This document shows positions 15,146 to 23,592 of a DNA stretch of 38,758 bases, piece after piece. The notes beneath the pieces are model-generated. The model worked only from the letters and a program-made list of their open reading frames with translations. It was not told the DNA's origin and did no database searches. Source of the DNA: Gemmatimonadota bacterium (GTDB lineage: Bacteria > Gemmatimonadota > Gemmatimonadetes > Gemmatimonadales > GWC2-71-9); assembly GCA_003220985.1 (NCBI GenBank), contig QHTY01000153.1, positions 5,439 to 44,196 of the forward strand, written 5' to 3'. Each line of letters starts with the position of its first letter. Positions within the stretch are counted from its first letter, which is position 1. A program made the translations under genes and the position numbers.

Positions 15146-17787
15146 GACTCGGTGGCGCTAAGCGAGCGCGCGACCTCCTCGATGCGATACGACTCGATCA
15201 GGTCGCCGACTTTCACGTCGTTGAAGTTCTCGATGCCGATACCGCACTCGAAGCCCTCGCGCACTTCGCGGACGTCGTCCTTGAAGCGCTTGAGCGACGC
15301 CAGCGTGCCGTCGTACACCTCGACGCCGTTGCGGATCACGCGAACCCGTCCCGTGCGTGGAATGACGCCGCTGCGCACGAAGCAGCCGGCGATCGTCCCA
15401 ACCTTGGCGATCTTGAAGATCTGGCGCACCTCGGCCTCGCCGAGCACGACTTCCTTCTTTTCAGGGGCGAGCAGGCCTTCCATCGCCAGCTTCACCTCTT
15501 CCACCGCCTCGTAGATGATGCGGTAGGTGCGGATCTCGACCCGCTCGCGATCCGCGGCCGCGCGCGCGTTCGAATCGGGACGCACGTGGAAGCCGACGAT
15601 GATCGCCCCCGACGCGCGCGCGAGCAGCACGTCCGATTCGGTGATGGCGCCGACGCCGCGGTGCACGACTTCGACTTTGACCTCGGACGTCGAGAGCTGC
15701 GCGAGGGCGTCCGCCAACGCTTCAGCGGGACCACCCTGGTCGGCTTTGATGATGATGCGCAGCGTGGCGACACCGCCCGCGGCGGCTTCGGCCATGAAGT
15801 CTTCCAGGGTCTTCACCCGGCCGGAGCGCCGGTGCTGCGCCTCGCGCTCGAGGCGCTGGCGCTTCTGCGCGATCTCGCGCGCCGCGGCGGCGTCGTCCAT
15901 GGCCAGGAAGGAGTCGCCCGCTTCGGGCACACCTTCGAAGCCGAGAATCTGGACCGGGGTCGAGGGTCCGGCTTCCTGCTCGGTGCCGCCGCGCTCGTCG
16001 TACATCGCGCGAACGCGGCCCGAGTACTGACCGCAAATGAAGTCATCGCCGATGTGCAGCGTGCCGCTTTGCACGAGGATCGTGGCGAGCGCCCCCTTGC
16101 CAGGATCGAGCGATGCCTCGAGCACGGTGCCCTGGGCCTTGCGATCGGGGTTGGCCTTGAGGTCGAGCAGCTCGGCCTGCAACAGAATCTGCTCGAGCAG
16201 GTCGTCGACGGCCGTGCCCTTCTTCGCGGAGATCGGCGTGGCGAGCGTGGTGCCGCCGAACTCCTCGAGCACGACACCGTGTGCCAGGAGATCCTGCTTC
16301 ACCTTCTGCACATTGGCGGTGGGCAGATCGATCTTGTTGATCGCGACTACGAGGGGCACGCCGGCGTTCTTGGCGTGCGAAATCGCCTCGATCGTTTGCG
16401 GCATGATCGCGTCATCCGCGGCGACGACCAGCACGACGATGTCCGTGACCTGCGCGCCGCGCGCACGCATCGCGGTGAAGGCCTCGTGGCCCGGCGTATC
16501 GAGGAACGTGATCTTCCGGCCGTCCTTGAGCGTGACCTGGTACGCGCCGATGTGTTGCGTGATCCCACCCGCCTCGCCGGCCACGACGTTCGTTTTGCGC
16601 ACGTAGTCGAGCAGCGACGTCTTGCCGTGGTCGACGTGACCCATGATGGTCACAATGGGGGGCCGCGGCTTGAGCGTCTCGGCCGCATCTGTGGTCTGTT
16701 CCGTCTGGGTGGTCGCGTACTCCTCTTCGCGCACCGCCTGGAAGCCGAACGCCGACGCGATCAGCTCGATCATGTCGAAGTCGAGCCGCTGGTTGATCGT
16801 GACCATCTGACCCAGCTCTTTGAAGGCGAAGGTCACGATCTGGGTCGGCGGGACTTTCAGCGTGTTGGCCAGCTCGGAAACGGTGATGAAGCGCTCGCGC
16901 TCCTCGCGGCGGCGCTCCTCCTGCACCTCGCGGAACGTCGGCCCCTCTTCGCGGCGATGGACGCCCTTCTTGCCGACGGGTGCCTTGAGCGTGGCAAGGG
17001 TGCGCGAAATGTTTTGGGCGACTGCTTCCTGGTCGACCTGCGATTTCTTCCCTTTCTTGCGCTTCTTGCCCTTCTCACGCCGGCGCTCATCGAGCGGCGG
17101 GGCGCCGGGCGCGGCCGACGCAACCGGCCGCGGCGGCACGGACGTGCCGGGACCAGACGGCGCGCCGCGCGCAACCGGCCGGGGACGCACCGGCGTCGGG
17201 ATAAACGGCTTCGAGGGCGGCGCTGAGGCCGGCGGCGAAAACGGCGACGGCGAGGGGGCGGCGGAGGGCGACGGAGGTGCCGGAGTCGCGAAGGTCAGGG
17301 TCGCCGCCGGCGCGAGGGGCTCCGCCGGCTCCGCGGGCGCGAGGTCCTTGAAGAGGGCCGCCGCGCGCTCCTCGAGCGAGGGGGCGGCCTTCTCCTCTTC
17401 CTGCTCGCGTACTGCGGTTTCCAGCGCGAGCCGTGCGCGCTCGGCTTCAGCCGCTTCGGCCGCCGCCGTCTCTGCCGCCGCGGCATCGGCCGCGGCCACT
17501 TCGGCCGCGGTGCGACGGCGACGCTTGGGGCGGGCCTCGGTGGTTGCGACCGGCTCCGGTGCAACCTCCACGGCCTTCGTGGCCCGACGCCGTTTGGGAG
17601 GCGCCGAGGGCTGCTTCTGCTTGCGCTTGTCACGCTCCCAACGCGCGCGCATCAACGACACCTGCTCGTCCTTGAGCGGCGTCAGATGACTGCGCACGAA
17701 GACGTCCATCTCTTTGAGCATGCCCATCAGCTGCTCGCTGGAGATTCCGAATTCCGCTGCTAGATCATGGATGCGCGTTGTTGCCAC
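15142..17787 (-). CDS. infB: translation initiation factor IF-2
   Basis: 881-aa ORF. N-terminus: IHDLAAEFGISSEQL. This is followed by an Ala/Pro/Glu-rich linker and a GTPase domain with the G1 motif GHVDHGKTSLLD, DTPGHEAF and NKID. Confidence 0.95.
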   Translation of the reverse strand: MATTRIHDLAAEFGISSEQLMGMLKEMDVFVRSHLTPLKDEQVSLMRARWERDKRKQKQPSAPPKRRRATKAVEVAPEPVATTEARPKRRRRTAAEVAAADAAAAETAAAEAAEAERARLALETAVREQEEEKAAPSLEERAAALFKDLAPAEPAEPLAPAATLTFATPAPPSPSAAPSPSPFSPPASAPPSKPFIPTPVRPRPVARGAPSGPGTSVPPRPVASAAPGAPPLDERRREKGKKRKKGKKSQVDQEAVAQNISRTLATLKAPVGKKGVHRREEGPTFREVQEERRREERERFITVSELANTLKVPPTQIVTFAFKELGQMVTINQRLDFDMIELIASAFGFQAVREEEYATTQTEQTTDAAETLKPRPPIVTIMGHVDHGKTSLLDYVRKTNVVAGEAGGITQHIGAYQVTLKDGRKITFLDTPGHEAFTAMRARGAQVTDIVVLVVAADDAIMPQTIEAISHAKNAGVPLVVAINKIDLPTANVQKVKQDLLAHGVVLEEFGGTTLATPISAKKGTAVDDLLEQILLQAELLDLKANPDRKAQGTVLEASLDPGKGALATILVQSGTLHIGDDFICGQYSGRVRAMYDERGGTEQEAGPSTPVQILGFEGVPEAGDSFLAMDDAAAAREIAQKRQRLEREAQHRRSGRVKTLEDFMAEAAAGGVATLRIIIKADQGGPAEALADALAQLSTSEVKVEVVHRGVGAITESDVLLARASGAIIVGFHVRPDSNARAAADRERVEIRTYRIIYEAVEEVKLAMEGLLAPEKKEVVLGEAEVRQIFKIAKVGTIAGCFVRSGVIPRTGRVRVIRNGVEVYDGTLASLKRFKDDVREVREGFECGIGIENFNDVKVGDLIESYRIEEVARSLSATES

Positions 17788-18090
17788 TTACTCCTCGCTA
17801 TCGGCTATCAGGCCGCGTGCCAGTGCCGGGTCGGAAATTCCGACCGCCTGTACTGGAGGCTTGCCGAGTCCCGTACCCAGCTCCGCCGCGGTCGGACCGC
17901 GAATCGTCGGAACTTTTCGCGCCTCCGCGAGCCGCGTCACTTTCTCCATCGTGCGCCGGCTGGCGTCCGCCGCCAGCACCACGCACGCCACTGTCCCACG
18001 CTGCAATCCTGCCCGAACTCCTGCGACGCCGACCACAACGTTGCCCGCCCGCACGCCCAGACCGAGCAAACGGGTGATGCGCGTACTCAC
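17788..18090 (-). CDS. L7Ae-family RNA-binding protein (YlxQ-like)
   Basis: 100-aa ORF with a GTG start. Motifs: LLGLGVRAGNVVVG, VVLAADAS and ELGTGLGKP. It sits in the canonical nusA-infB operon position. Confidence 0.75.
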   Translation of the reverse strand: MSTRITRLLGLGVRAGNVVVGVAGVRAGLQRGTVACVVLAADASRRTMEKVTRLAEARKVPTIRGPTAAELGTGLGKPPVQAVGISDPALARGLIADSEE

Positions 18091-18182
18091 GCCGCGGTCG
18101 GCGCTCCGGCGCCGGGACTCGCCGGCCCCGGCTCTTCCTCTTCGCCACCGTCCTCGGTCATCTCATTGAGGAAGGCCATCAT
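18087..18182 (-). CDS. 31-codon acidic bridging ORF, or a frameshifted NusA C-terminus
   Basis: Hand translation gives MMAFLNEMTEDGGEEEEPGPASPGAGAPTAA. Its ATG overlaps the nusA stop as ATGA (18182-18179). Its TGA overlaps the L7Ae GTG as GTGA (18090-18087). It is too short for the ORF track. Confidence 0.4.
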   Translation of the reverse strand: MMAFLNEMTEDGGEEEEPGPASPGAGAPTAA

Positions 18183-19429
18183 CTTGTCGGCGTGCCGGCG
18201 AGCTTATCCACGTCCTCACGCTCGAGATCGAGGATGTCTTGCAGCGTCTTGTGCCCCGCCTGGGCCAGTACGTCGACGAGCTCCACCGGCAGCCCCTTGA
18301 GCTCGCGCAGCGCCACGTTGGTGGTGGCCTCTTCGGCCGCGCGCGGCAGCGGCGCGAACAGCGGTCCTTCGCCGCCCCGCTCCAGCCACTCGCGGCTCGA
18401 ATACAGGTCGATCTTCCAGCCGGTGAGCTCGGAGGCGAGGCGCACGTTCTGCCCGTTCCGCCCGATCGCGAGCGACAGCTGGTCCTCGTCCACGATCGCC
18501 TGGATCGTCTTGGACTCGGGATCGGAGAAGACGCGGGCCACGCGCGCCGGCGCGAGCGCCAGTTTCGCGAAGCGCTCGGGGTCGGACGACCACGGCACGA
18601 TGTCGATGCGCTCGCCGTTCAGCTCGTTCACCACGGCCTGTACGCGCGACCCCTTGAGGCCCACGCACGCGCCCACCGGATCGATGCCGTCGTCGCGCGA
18701 CCAGACCGCGATCTTCGTGCGACTGCCCGCCTCGCGCGCGGTGGCGCGGATCTCCACGATCTGCTGCTGGATCTCCGGCACCTCGAGCTTGAACAGCGCC
18801 TTGACGAACAACGGATCGGCGCGCGACAGAATCAGCCGCGGGCCCTTGGGCGTTTCCTCGATCCGCTTCAAGACCGCCCGAATCGTGTCACCCTGATGGA
18901 AGTGCTCGCGATGGTTCTGGTCGCGGTAGGGAATGATCGCTTCGGCTTCGCGAAACTTGTTCAACATCACCACGATCTTACCGCGCTCGATCTGCTGGAC
19001 CTCGCCCGACAGCAGCTCGCCAACCTTGCCCGAGAATTCCTCGCGGATGCGGCTGCGCTCGCCTTCGCGGACCCGTTGAATGATCCGCTGCTTGGCCGCT
19101 TGCACCGCCGTCCGGCCGAACTGCTCGAACGGCACTTCCTCTTCGAGGACGTCCCCCGGCTCGAATTCGGGATCCTCGTAGCGCGCTTCCTCGAGCGAGA
19201 TCTGCGTGCCTGGATCTTCCACGGCCTCGACCACGGTCTTGAGCACGACGATGCGGATCGAGCCCTTCATCTCGTCGATGCCGATCTCGGCTCGGACATT
19301 CGGACCGTACCGTTTGACGAGCGCGGCATGCAGGCCGTCCTTCAGCAGGTCGATCAGCTCGCTGCGCTCGAGCTGCTTCGTACTGGTCAGTTCTCGGATC
19401 GCCGAGACTACGTCGGTTGTATTCGCCAT
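18179..19429 (-). CDS. nusA: transcription termination/antitermination factor NusA
   Basis: 416-aa ORF. N-terminal domain, S1 domain (GEVQQIERGKIVV), tandem KH domains (DPVGACVGLKGSRVQ, IGRNGQNVRLAS) and a C-terminal HhH-like segment. Confidence 0.95.
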   Translation of the reverse strand: MANTTDVVSAIRELTSTKQLERSELIDLLKDGLHAALVKRYGPNVRAEIGIDEMKGSIRIVVLKTVVEAVEDPGTQISLEEARYEDPEFEPGDVLEEEVPFEQFGRTAVQAAKQRIIQRVREGERSRIREEFSGKVGELLSGEVQQIERGKIVVMLNKFREAEAIIPYRDQNHREHFHQGDTIRAVLKRIEETPKGPRLILSRADPLFVKALFKLEVPEIQQQIVEIRATAREAGSRTKIAVWSRDDGIDPVGACVGLKGSRVQAVVNELNGERIDIVPWSSDPERFAKLALAPARVARVFSDPESKTIQAIVDEDQLSLAIGRNGQNVRLASELTGWKIDLYSSREWLERGGEGPLFAPLPRAAEEATTNVALRELKGLPVELVDVLAQAGHKTLQDILDLEREDVDKLAGTPTR

Positions 19430-19437
19430 TCAGTTCC

Positions 19438-19896
19438 TCAGTCTTCAGTCATCGGGGCCAGCCGGGCATCCTTTAGCTCCGCGAGCCGGTACTCCTGCGC
19501 GCTCTTCCCTTCGGGCTCCAGCACGACGGTGTCGGTCGTGGGGACCGCAACGATCCGCGCCCGCACCCGGCCCACGCCCGCCAGTTTCACGCTCACATCG
19601 CGGCCCACGAACTGCACCCAATGCCGGTGCCAGCGCACGGGCCGCTCGATCCCCGGGCTCGACACCTCCAAGACATAGCGATTGCCCAGGGGGCCCCCAC
19701 CATCCGCATCGAGCCACTGCTCGAGGGCTCGGCTGACCCGACTGCAATCGTCGACCGTGACGTTCCGTGGCGGACAGTCAATGCGGACTTGGACGAGCGG
19801 TCGGTTCGGCGTGCCGCCGATGCGCAGGTCGGCCAGGTCGAACCCCAACGCTTCCAGCCGGGTTCGGAAGGCCTCGACAAGACTCTCAGTGAGCAT
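19438..19896 (-). CDS. rimP: ribosome maturation factor RimP
   Basis: I set the start at ATG 19896 (MLTESLVEAFRTRLEALGFDL...), giving 152 aa. The EVSSPGIERP motif is present. The upstream part of the 251-aa track ORF crosses a terminator hairpin and a promoter. Confidence 0.85.
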   Translation of the reverse strand: MLTESLVEAFRTRLEALGFDLADLRIGGTPNRPLVQVRIDCPPRNVTVDDCSRVSRALEQWLDADGGGPLGNRYVLEVSSPGIERPVRWHRHWVQFVGRDVSVKLAGVGRVRARIVAVPTTDTVVLEPEGKSAQEYRLAELKDARLAPMTED

Positions 19897-19897
19897 G

Positions 19898-19927
19898 AAA
19901 AAAAAGCGCGGGCCGAACTTCGCCCGC
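19898..19927 (-). terminator. intrinsic terminator-like hairpin plus U8, ending 1 nt before the rimP ATG
   Basis: The minus strand reads GCGGGC-GAAGTTCG-GCCCGC-GC-TTTTTTTT-C-ATG. It has a 6-bp all-GC stem (19927-19922 / 19913-19908) and eight T (19905-19898). Confidence 0.6.
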
Positions 19928-19939
19928 ATCACGGTGGGG

Positions 19940-19967
19940 AATGTAGCCGGGGGACCCTCGATGTCAA
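19940..19967 (-). promoter_or_regulatory. sigma-70-like promoter candidate, TTGACA-N16-TACATT, for the rimP-nusA-infB operon
   Basis: On the minus strand, TTGACA lies at 19967-19962 and overlaps the pgeF stop codon. TACATT lies at 19945-19940 after a 16-nt spacer. This is a motif match only. Confidence 0.4.
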
Positions 19968-20743
19968 CCGAGCGGCTGGCCGAGGTACGCGACCATGCGG
20001 CCGTCGCGGCCCTTCGACGCCCGATGCGAGAAGAACCGATCGCGCCCCTCGGCGCTGCACCAGGGGGATGTCGTGATTTCCTCGATGCCGAGGTCCCGCG
20101 CGCGGCGCGAGAGGACGGCGCGGAGGTCGAGCTGGACGGTGCCGGTGAGTCCAAAGCGCACTGCGACCTCAGAGCCAACTTCATAACAGCCACCGCAAAT
20201 GCCTACGCCACAATGCATTACGATGTCGCTCGCCTTGGCAACGCCGCGCCACTTCAGCAGCTCGACGCACTGCTCCAGAATGCCGTCCGCGGTGCCCCGC
20301 CAGCCAGCGTGCACCAACGCGATCGCGCCCTTCTTGGGGACGGCCAAATACACCGGAATGCAGTCGGCGACCGTGACCGTCAGCAGCACGCCCGGCTCGT
20401 TGGTCGCGTGACCGTCGAGCCCGTCGAGGATCAGCCAACCGTCCGGCCGGGACTCGTACCAGCGCACGTCCGTGCCGTGCACTTGATGCGCCAAGACGAT
20501 CGACGGAAATCGTGTGCCGAAGCTCGCGCGGAACGCGCGCCAGCGGCCGATCACCTGCCCCACCGGCTCGTCGCTCCAGAGGCCGAGACTCAGCGGGCGT
20601 GTCGTGATGCCGGCGACCAATCCGTAGCGTTGGGCCCACTCTGCCAGCTCCAGGCGTGGCACGGCGGGATCGCCGGCGGGGGTTTCCGCGAGCGATCGTA
20701 GGGGCGCAGCATGCTGCGCCCCTACCTCATGTTCGGCGTTCAA
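19964..20743 (-). CDS. pgeF: peptidoglycan editing factor PgeF / YfiH (DUF152, laccase-domain) family
   Basis: 259-aa ORF with [24 protein letters not shown] and CGGCYEVG motifs. Confidence 0.85.
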   Translation of the reverse strand: MNAEHEVGAQHAAPLRSLAETPAGDPAVPRLELAEWAQRYGLVAGITTRPLSLGLWSDEPVGQVIGRWRAFRASFGTRFPSIVLAHQVHGTDVRWYESRPDGWLILDGLDGHATNEPGVLLTVTVADCIPVYLAVPKKGAIALVHAGWRGTADGILEQCVELLKWRGVAKASDIVMHCGVGICGGCYEVGSEVAVRFGLTGTVQLDLRAVLSRRARDLGIEEITTSPWCSAEGRDRFFSHRASKGRDGRMVAYLGQPLG

Positions 20744-22010
20744 TCTGCGCTCCGAGTGCCCGCAACCGGTCGTCGATGTGCTCGTAGCCGCGTTCGATCT
20801 GTCCGATGTTCTGGATCACCGAGTCCCCCTGTGCAGCGAGCGCCGCGAGCAGCATCGCCATCCCGGCGCGGATGTCGGGACTCTCGACGGCTTGCCCGCG
20901 CAGGGCGGACGGCCCGGCAATCACCGCGCGGTGCGGATCGCACAGCACAATGCGAGCGCCCATGCCGATCAATTTGTCGACAAAGAACAGGCGCGATTCG
21001 AACAACTTCTCGAACACGAGCAGCAATCCCTCACATTGGGTCGCGACGACGATCGCGATGGACATGAGATCGGCCGGGAACGCGGGCCACGGTCCATCTT
21101 CGAGCTTGGGGACGTGCCCACCCAGGTCCGGTCGAATGCGCCGCTCCTGATCGGCATCGACGATCAGTTTGGCCCCTTCGAGTCGTGGCCGCACGCCGAG
21201 CCGCTCGAAGGCGAGCAGCGTCGAGCGCAGATCATCCCCGCGGACGCCGTCGATGGTAATCGCGCCACCCGTGACGGCGGCGAGGCCGATGAATGAGCCG
21301 ATCTCGATGTGATCGGGACCAACCGTGTGCGGAGCCCCGCCCGCTTTGAGGGGGCGGCCACCGTCGATCGTGAGGGTGTTGCTTCCGATGCCGTCAATGG
21401 CGGCGCCGAGCGAGACGAGAAAGCGCGCCAGGTCCTGGACGTGGGGCTCCGACGCGGCGTTCCGCAGCACCGTAGTGCCCGGCGCCCGCACCGCCGCCAT
21501 CAACGCGTTCTCGGTCCCGGTGACGCTCGGCTCATCGAGAAAAATATCCGCCGCCTTGAGCTTGCCCTCGAGTGTGTACACGTCGCCGACGGTGACATCG
21601 GCCCCGAGCCGCTCCAACGCGAGAAAGTGCGTATCCACGCGACGGCGTCCGATCACGTCGCCACCCGGGGGCGGCAACGTGACGCGCCCGAAGCGCGCGA
21701 GCATCGGGCCGGCGAGCAGGATCGAGGCGCGGATCTCCTTGCATAGCGCCGGATCGAGCGGCTTTGCCTCGGTGTGCGTGGGATCCACTTCGACCGTGTT
21801 CGTGCCCGACCACTGCACCTTCGCCCCCACATGCTGGAGCAAGGCGAGCAACGTTTCCACGTCGCGAATGCGCGGCACGTTGTCGATGCGACAGGGGCCG
21901 TCGGCGAGAAGTGTCGCTGCGAGAATCGGAAGGGCCGCGTTCTTGTTGCCGGCGGGGCGAATCGTGCCGGAGAGCGGGCGCCCCCCCGTGACACGGAACG
22001 ACGGTGGCAT
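20727..22010 (-). CDS. murA: UDP-N-acetylglucosamine 1-carboxyvinyltransferase
   Basis: I preferred the start at ATG 22010 ([28 protein letters not shown]...) over the TTG at 22022. This gives 427 aa. The EPSP-synthase fold signature is present. The 3-prime end overlaps the pgeF start by 17 nt. Confidence 0.9.
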   Translation of the reverse strand: MPPSFRVTGGRPLSGTIRPAGNKNAALPILAATLLADGPCRIDNVPRIRDVETLLALLQHVGAKVQWSGTNTVEVDPTHTEAKPLDPALCKEIRASILLAGPMLARFGRVTLPPPGGDVIGRRRVDTHFLALERLGADVTVGDVYTLEGKLKAADIFLDEPSVTGTENALMAAVRAPGTTVLRNAASEPHVQDLARFLVSLGAAIDGIGSNTLTIDGGRPLKAGGAPHTVGPDHIEIGSFIGLAAVTGGAITIDGVRGDDLRSTLLAFERLGVRPRLEGAKLIVDADQERRIRPDLGGHVPKLEDGPWPAFPADLMSIAIVVATQCEGLLLVFEKLFESRLFFVDKLIGMGARIVLCDPHRAVIAGPSALRGQAVESPDIRAGMAMLLAALAAQGDSVIQNIGQIERGYEHIDDRLRALGAQIERRT

Positions 22011-22063
22011 AAGTCCGCCCAAGCTACGGGGACGCTTGCGCCGGCGTCAAGCGTTCGCGAACG

Positions 22064-23179
22064 TTGGCCCTCGTGCATCCCGCGCTCGCACTGGCGCTGC
22101 TGCTCATCGCCGGCATCGGCATCACGCGCCTTTCGCGCCCGGCCTTGCGACGCCCCCCCCTGCTTGACGAGCTCCTCGCGACTGGCGTGCCGTTCCTGCT
22201 GCTCGGATTGCTGCTCGGACCGGGGCTCGGCGTCATCGACGCCACCGGACTGCGGCTGCTCCAACCCATCATCGCGCTCGGGATCGGTTGGAGCGGCGCA
22301 CTATTCGGCGCGCGGCTCGAATGGCGCATGGTGCGGCGCATTTCAGGTCGCACCTGGTTGGTCGGCGCCACGCTCGCGCTGCCCATTCTCGCCACGACCA
22401 CCGTCATCGCGGTGGTTCTCGCCCGCAAGATCCCGGCGCTGGCCGCGGCCTGGGGCCATCCGTCGCTCGCCGTGGCGCTCGCGCTCGGCGGCGCGCTGAC
22501 GACTGCCGCAAGCCAGCGCGGCGCACGACTCGGCCGCCGCAATGCGCTCATCGATACGCTCTATCCGCACGTCGCGGTACGCAGTATCCTCCTGACACTG
22601 CTCGTTGGCGGTGCACTCGGCGGCCTGTTCGTTGGACTAGGACGCGGGGGAATGCTGAACGAGCCGCACGACGCCGCGATTGCGGCGTTCGCGGCGATTC
22701 TCTGGGCGGCCGGCTTCAGTTATGCTGCCGGCCTGTCCCCGTTTGTGGTTTGTGCGTTGGAGGCCGCCGTCTTCATGAGCTTTTCACCGGCGGGGGTGCG
22801 CCGCGCGATCGCGGGCTTGCTGAGCCGCTGGGAGCTGTCGCTCTACGCCGCATTCCTTATAGTGGCGGGGGCGTTGCTGCGCCCCTTTGCCGTCTGGATT
22901 TTTCTGGCTGCGCCCGCCTTGGCGTTGATCCGCATCGTGGTTCGGTGGGTCACCGTGCGGTTTGGTCTCGACCAAGTCGATCCGGTCTCCCCGCCCGAAT
23001 TCGCGCACTCGGCCATCCGACAGGGGGCGAGCGCAGTCGCGCTGGCGGCGGGATTCGACCTGGTGCGTGACTCGCCGGGACCGGTCCTGGTCACGATCTT
23101 GCTCAGCGTCATGACGGCCGACGCGCTGGCGGCCCGGACCCCGTTGACAGCACGCCCGAGCCACGCAGAGGTTTCGTGA
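22064..23179 (+). CDS. polytopic membrane protein, cation/proton-antiporter-like (weak assignment)
   Basis: 371-aa ORF with a TTG start (an alternative GTG lies at 22073). It is hydrophobic throughout, with about 10 predicted segments. Its Gly/Leu-rich helices resemble the Na+/H+ exchanger family. I see no diagnostic motif. Confidence 0.4.
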   Translation: MALVHPALALALLLIAGIGITRLSRPALRRPPLLDELLATGVPFLLLGLLLGPGLGVIDATGLRLLQPIIALGIGWSGALFGARLEWRMVRRISGRTWLVGATLALPILATTTVIAVVLARKIPALAAAWGHPSLAVALALGGALTTAASQRGARLGRRNALIDTLYPHVAVRSILLTLLVGGALGGLFVGLGRGGMLNEPHDAAIAAFAAILWAAGFSYAAGLSPFVVCALEAAVFMSFSPAGVRRAIAGLLSRWELSLYAAFLIVAGALLRPFAVWIFLAAPALALIRIVVRWVTVRFGLDQVDPVSPPEFAHSAIRQGASAVALAAGFDLVRDSPGPVLVTILLSVMTADALAARTPLTARPSHAEVS

Positions 23180-23592
23180 TGCTTCCGAGCTGGGTCGGCG
23201 TCGTGTCGGCAATCAGCCTCGCGATTATCGCACTCGCCGCCCTGGTCACCGCCGGCGCCGTCACTGTCGCGGCGCTCGGCGTGCGAACGGCGGTGAGGGC
23301 CCTGAAGGGCTTCGCCGGGCCGGCCATCGCCGATGTCCGACAGCTGATCGGCTCGATCAAGACCGAGGCGGATGCCCTGGTCGGCGCGTCCCGCGATGTG
23401 CGGCAACGGATTGTGCGCGCGGCAGATGCGGCGGAGGATCGCCTGACCGATCTCGACTCTCTGGCCGAGGTGATGCAGCAGGAGCTCGAGGAGACGGCAG
23501 TCGACGCGGCGGCGACGATGCGCGATGTGCGCCGCGGCCTGTCGGTGTGGCGCTGGAGCCGCAAACTCCTGAAGCGCAAAAAGCGACCGTGA
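23176..23592 (+). CDS. membrane-anchored coiled-coil protein (DUF948-like)
   Basis: 138-aa ORF with an N-terminal TM helix followed by an Ala/Asp/Arg-rich helical region and a basic tail, KLLKRKKRP. There is an ATGA-type overlap with the preceding gene. Confidence 0.4.
   Translation: MMLPSWVGVVSAISLAIIALAALVTAGAVTVAALGVRTAVRALKGFAGPAIADVRQLIGSIKTEADALVGASRDVRQRIVRAADAAEDRLTDLDSLAEVMQQELEETAVDAAATMRDVRRGLSVWRWSRKLLKRKKRP

Noticed and set aside
16900-17650. Apparent repetitive Ala/Pro/Glu/Arg-rich DNA that could be mistaken for a tandem repeat or CRISPR-like periodicity.
   Set aside because: It is the low-complexity N-terminal linker of IF-2, in frame and typical of infB. There is no exact repeat-spacer structure.
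18091-18178. Expected ylxR (DUF448) gene between nusA and the L7Ae gene.
   Set aside because: The spacer is only about 90 nt. The 31-aa peptide encoded there lacks YlxR's characteristic motifs and length. I reported it as a bridging ORF or frameshift instead.
19897-20193. Upstream extension of the rimP ORF (251 aa).
   Set aside because: The extension runs through the U8 terminator hairpin, the promoter motif and the pgeF 3-prime end. RimP homology begins at MLTESLVEAF (ATG 19896).
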